A DNA stretch of 63,883 nucleotides, filler included, from Octopus bimaculoides (Eukaryota), in NCBI RefSeq assembly GCF_001194135.2. It is 7 parts of 6 records of this genome, joined end to end, with 100 filler letters (N's around TTAATTAATTAA, not from the genome) between each part and the next. Parts side by side here need not be neighbours in the genome. Positions count along the whole stretch, not along the records: positions 55,813 to 63,883 come from NC_068994.1; 6 more parts are not named here. One strand, 5' to 3'. The translations under genes were made by a program, and so were the position numbers. Shown in pieces: positions 60,546 to 63,883 of this stretch. Position 1 is the stretch's first letter. Every line of letters begins with the position of its first letter. The notes under the pieces were generated by a model. That model saw only the letters and a list, made by a program, of their open reading frames with translations. It searched no databases and was not told where the DNA came from.

Positions 60546-62299
60546 AAGTAAGTACGTAAATGCGGACATTACGACAGCGAATAACAACTTTTCCCCAAAA
60601 TATTTCCTGAAGAAGGGGTCCTAACCCCGAAATATTGAAATAATAGGTAAAACTATCAAGGTGCTTTATTTTTATAAATTGCATTGTTCTGGCTTTAAAG
60701 AAATATCATAGACATTCATATACATGCATGCATGCATGCATACATACATACATACATACATNNNNNNNNNNNNNNNNNNNNNNNNNNNNNNNNNNNNNNN
60801 NNNNNNNNNNNNNNNNNNNNNNNNNNNNNNNNNNNNNNNNNNNNNNNNNNNNNNNNNNNNNNNNNNNNNNNNNNNNNNNNNNNNNNNNNNNNNNNNNNNN
60901 NNNNNNNNNNNNNNNNNNNNNNNNNNNNNNNNNNNNNNNNNNNNNNNNNNNNNNNNNNNNNNNNNNNNNNNNNNNNNNNNNNNNNNNNNNNNNNNNNNNN
61001 NNNNNNNNNNNNNNNNNNNNNNNNNNNNNNNNNNNNNNNNNNNNNNNNNNNNNNNNNNNNNNNNNNNNNNNNNNNNNNNNNNNNNNNNNNNNNNNNNNNN
61101 NNNNNNNNNNNNNNNNNNNNNNNNNNNNNNNNNNNNNNNNNNNNNNNNNNNNNNNNNNNNNNNNNNNNNNNNNNNNNNNNNNNNNNNNNNNNNNNNNNNN
61201 NNNNNNNNNNNNNNNNNNNNNNNNNNNNNNNNNNNNNNNNNNNNNNNNNNNNNNNNNNNNNNNNNNNNNNNNNNNNNNNNNNNNNNNNNNNNNNNNNNNN
61301 NNNNNNNNNNNNNNNNNNNNNNNNNNNNNNNNNNNNNNNNNNNNNNNNNNNNNNNNNNNNNNNNNNNNNNNNNNNNNNNNNNNNNNNNNNNNNNNNNNNN
61401 NNNNNNNNNNNNNNNNNNNNNNNNNNNNNNNNNNNNNNNNNNNNNNNNNNNNNNNNNNNNNNNNNNNNNNNNNNNNNNNNNNNNNNNNNNNNNNNNNNNN
61501 NNNNNNNNNNNNNNNNNNTAGAGTTAAAAAAGATTCTTTTCTTCTGAGTTCATATTCCGCCGAGGTCGACTTTGCCTTTCATCATGTCGGGGTCGATAAA
61601 TTAAGTACCAGTTACGTACCGGGGACGATCTAATTGACTGGCTCCGTCCCCCTACAAATTTCGGGTCTTGTGTCTTGAGTAGAAAAGAATATATTGACCC
61701 CACCACCACTACTGTCGAAGTGCAAAGATGAAGAGATTTTCGGTCGACGAAATTATATTCTTCAAAAAGCTAGCGGAGCATACGTCCAGACTGGTTACGT
61801 AGTGTATTCAATCATTCATTCAATTTCTGCATTAGCGTTGCGTGCTATTGATCTATATATTTTAGAGGAATAGGGTAATTTATGACCGAGATATGGTACG
61901 GAAAAATATATGGTTTCTCTAAAATAAACTCACAATATTTACGGCACACACACACATAGAAACACACCCACCCATAGAAACACACCCACACGCACGCACA
62001 CACAGAAACATACCCACACACACGCACACGTGCCAATAAACACACGAACATATACACAACATACACACACACATGCATGCACGTACGCACACACTTATTT
62101 GTACTCTCAACTTAACTTGGATGCGTCGAGGAAACCTATAAACTGCAGTAATCGTTCTCAGAAAGTATTATCTTATTGACATATAGCGCTAAAGAGCACA
62201 GATAATTACAACAGATATAATATAGAAAATTACCACTTTTTAAATCTCACAACGTGAGATATTCAGCAACAGTACTTTGTAGTAAAGATTGTTCGCCAA

Positions 62300-62496
62300 C
62301 TCTTTTACTCTTTTACTTGTTTCAGTCATTTGACTGCGGCCATGCTGGAGCACCGCTTTTAGTCGAGCAAATCGACCCTAGGACTTATTCTATCGGTCTC
62401 TTTTTGCCGAACCGCGAAGCTACGGGGACGTAAACACACTACCATCGATTGTCAAGCGATGTTGGGGGACAAACACAGACACACAAACATACACAC

Positions 62497-62551
<55 letters not shown>

Positions 62552-62772
62552 NNNNNNNNNNNNNNNNNNNNNNNNNNNNNNNNNNNNNNNNNNNNNNNNN
62601 NNNNNATATATACGACGAGCTTCTTTCAGATTCCGTCTACCAAATCCACTCACAAGACTTTGGTCAGCCCAAGGTTATAGTAGAAGACACTTGCCGAAGG
62701 TGCCACGCAGTGGGAATGAACCCGGAACCATGTCGTCGGTGAGCAAGCTACTTACCACACAGCCACTCCTGT
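62300..62772 (-). mobile_element. SINE family B
   Basis: Consensus match by eye. Confidence 0.8.
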
Positions 62773-63277
62773 GCCAACATAAATTATTTCCCAACATGAA
62801 GGAAAACAACCCAGACATCACGACACACAGATATTGTTTTGAGCTGAGTGGGGGTGCTAGATTCCCTTGTTCGAAAATATGAGGACACAGATCGTGTCGT
62901 ATAGCCAGCTGGAGACGATGTCTCCTGGGGTTAAATTACAGCAACATTAGTCCTAAACCAGGACTTGCTTTTTTACACATTTTTACACTTTTTTTCTGTA
63001 TTTTGCCTTTGGTCCTGTTTTTTCTTGTGCACGTGCGCATATAGACGTGTGTATGAACCATTTATATATATATATATACACCTTTACATTTCATCTCATC
63101 TACACCCAGTTATTCTTGAGAAGGCCGCGGGGGGTAAAGTCCTCAAGATCGCCTTCCAACGGGTCCTGCTGTCAGCAGAGGTGGCCAAACGACTGCTCCT
63201 CATCTAATCTCCTAGCTTCCAGTTTCACTTCTCCCTTTTGCCCTATTATACACACACATACACACATACACGTATGC

Positions 63278-63310
<33 letters not shown>

Positions 63311-63320
63311 NNNNNNNNNN

Positions 63321-63359
<39 letters not shown>

Positions 63360-63735
63360 ATATGTATGCATATATTTATGTGTATTTGTGTAATAATGAA
63401 AGCAGTGTGAGATGTAAGTGCGTAGGAGGACGTTAGACGACTACTTCAGACAAACATCCTTTGCCAAGAAGTGTTTATTACTGTATAATTAACATGTAAA
63501 TCACGTTTCTTTATTCACTTGTGAGGTAGATACACCCAGCCAAGGATATATCATATTGTATGTTTTAAATAGTTGTCTATATATTTTTCTCACCTTCGCT
63601 AGTCTCTTTTCCTCTCTCTGTTTCTCTCTATCTCTCTGTCTCTTTTTCTCCATCTCTTTCTATCTCTACTCCTTTCTCTCGTTCTTTTCTATAACCTATT
63701 GCGTAATGTCTTTTGTCAATATTTCTGTCCATTAT

Positions 63736-63792
<57 letters not shown>

Positions 63793-63883
63793 TTATCTAT
63801 CTATCTACCAATCGATCTATATATTTGTCTGTCTGTCTATCATTCTGTCTCAGTGTCTGTATGTGTGTCTGTCTACAACACAC

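Noticed and set aside
60158-60684. His/Thr/Tyr/Val/Cys-rich ORFs (also poly-N, poly-L, poly-T and LTLTL ORFs elsewhere)
   Set aside because: Translations of microsatellites or telomeric repeats.
63090-63230. Host exon in ORFs 62965-63207 / 63047-63436
   Set aside because: Minus-strand ...SADSRTRWKAILRT fits a short RTE-like 3' remnant better; too short to call either way.

Overview
AT-rich, repeat-dense animal genomic DNA from a draft scaffold with many N gaps. The SINE and transposon families point to an octopus (coleoid cephalopod); this is inference, not a database result. (1) The left 14.3 kb holds ten minus-strand coding exons of TTC37/SKIC3 (Ski complex TPR subunit). They splice in frame to 379 codons with GT-AG sites, and the gene continues off the left edge. 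(2) A possible small plus-strand gene with a signal-peptide exon lies at about 45.5-46.3 kb. (3) The rest is transposon debris: three or more tRNA-derived SINE families, mariner/Tc1 and Tigger remnants, RTE and R4/Dong-like LINE fragments, a 12-kb nest of L1/Tx1 elements, Helitron ends and foldback MITEs. Two signals are not explained by the ORF track. (a) Type I hammerhead ribozyme motifs occur in several Penelope-like/retrozyme-like repeat families. One is textbook-perfect (29803-29872), its stems are supported by compensatory changes in sister copies, and one motif lies sense inside a TTC37 intron. (b) A Merlin-like palindromic MITE family (GGATC ends, 8-9 bp TSD) carries inverted telomeric (TTAGGG)n arrays at its centre, with opposite polarity in the two copies. 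Six 100-bp gaps contain an artificial TTAATTAATTAA linker, so adjacency across them is not reliable. Repeat boundaries are approximate unless a TSD or TIR is quoted.
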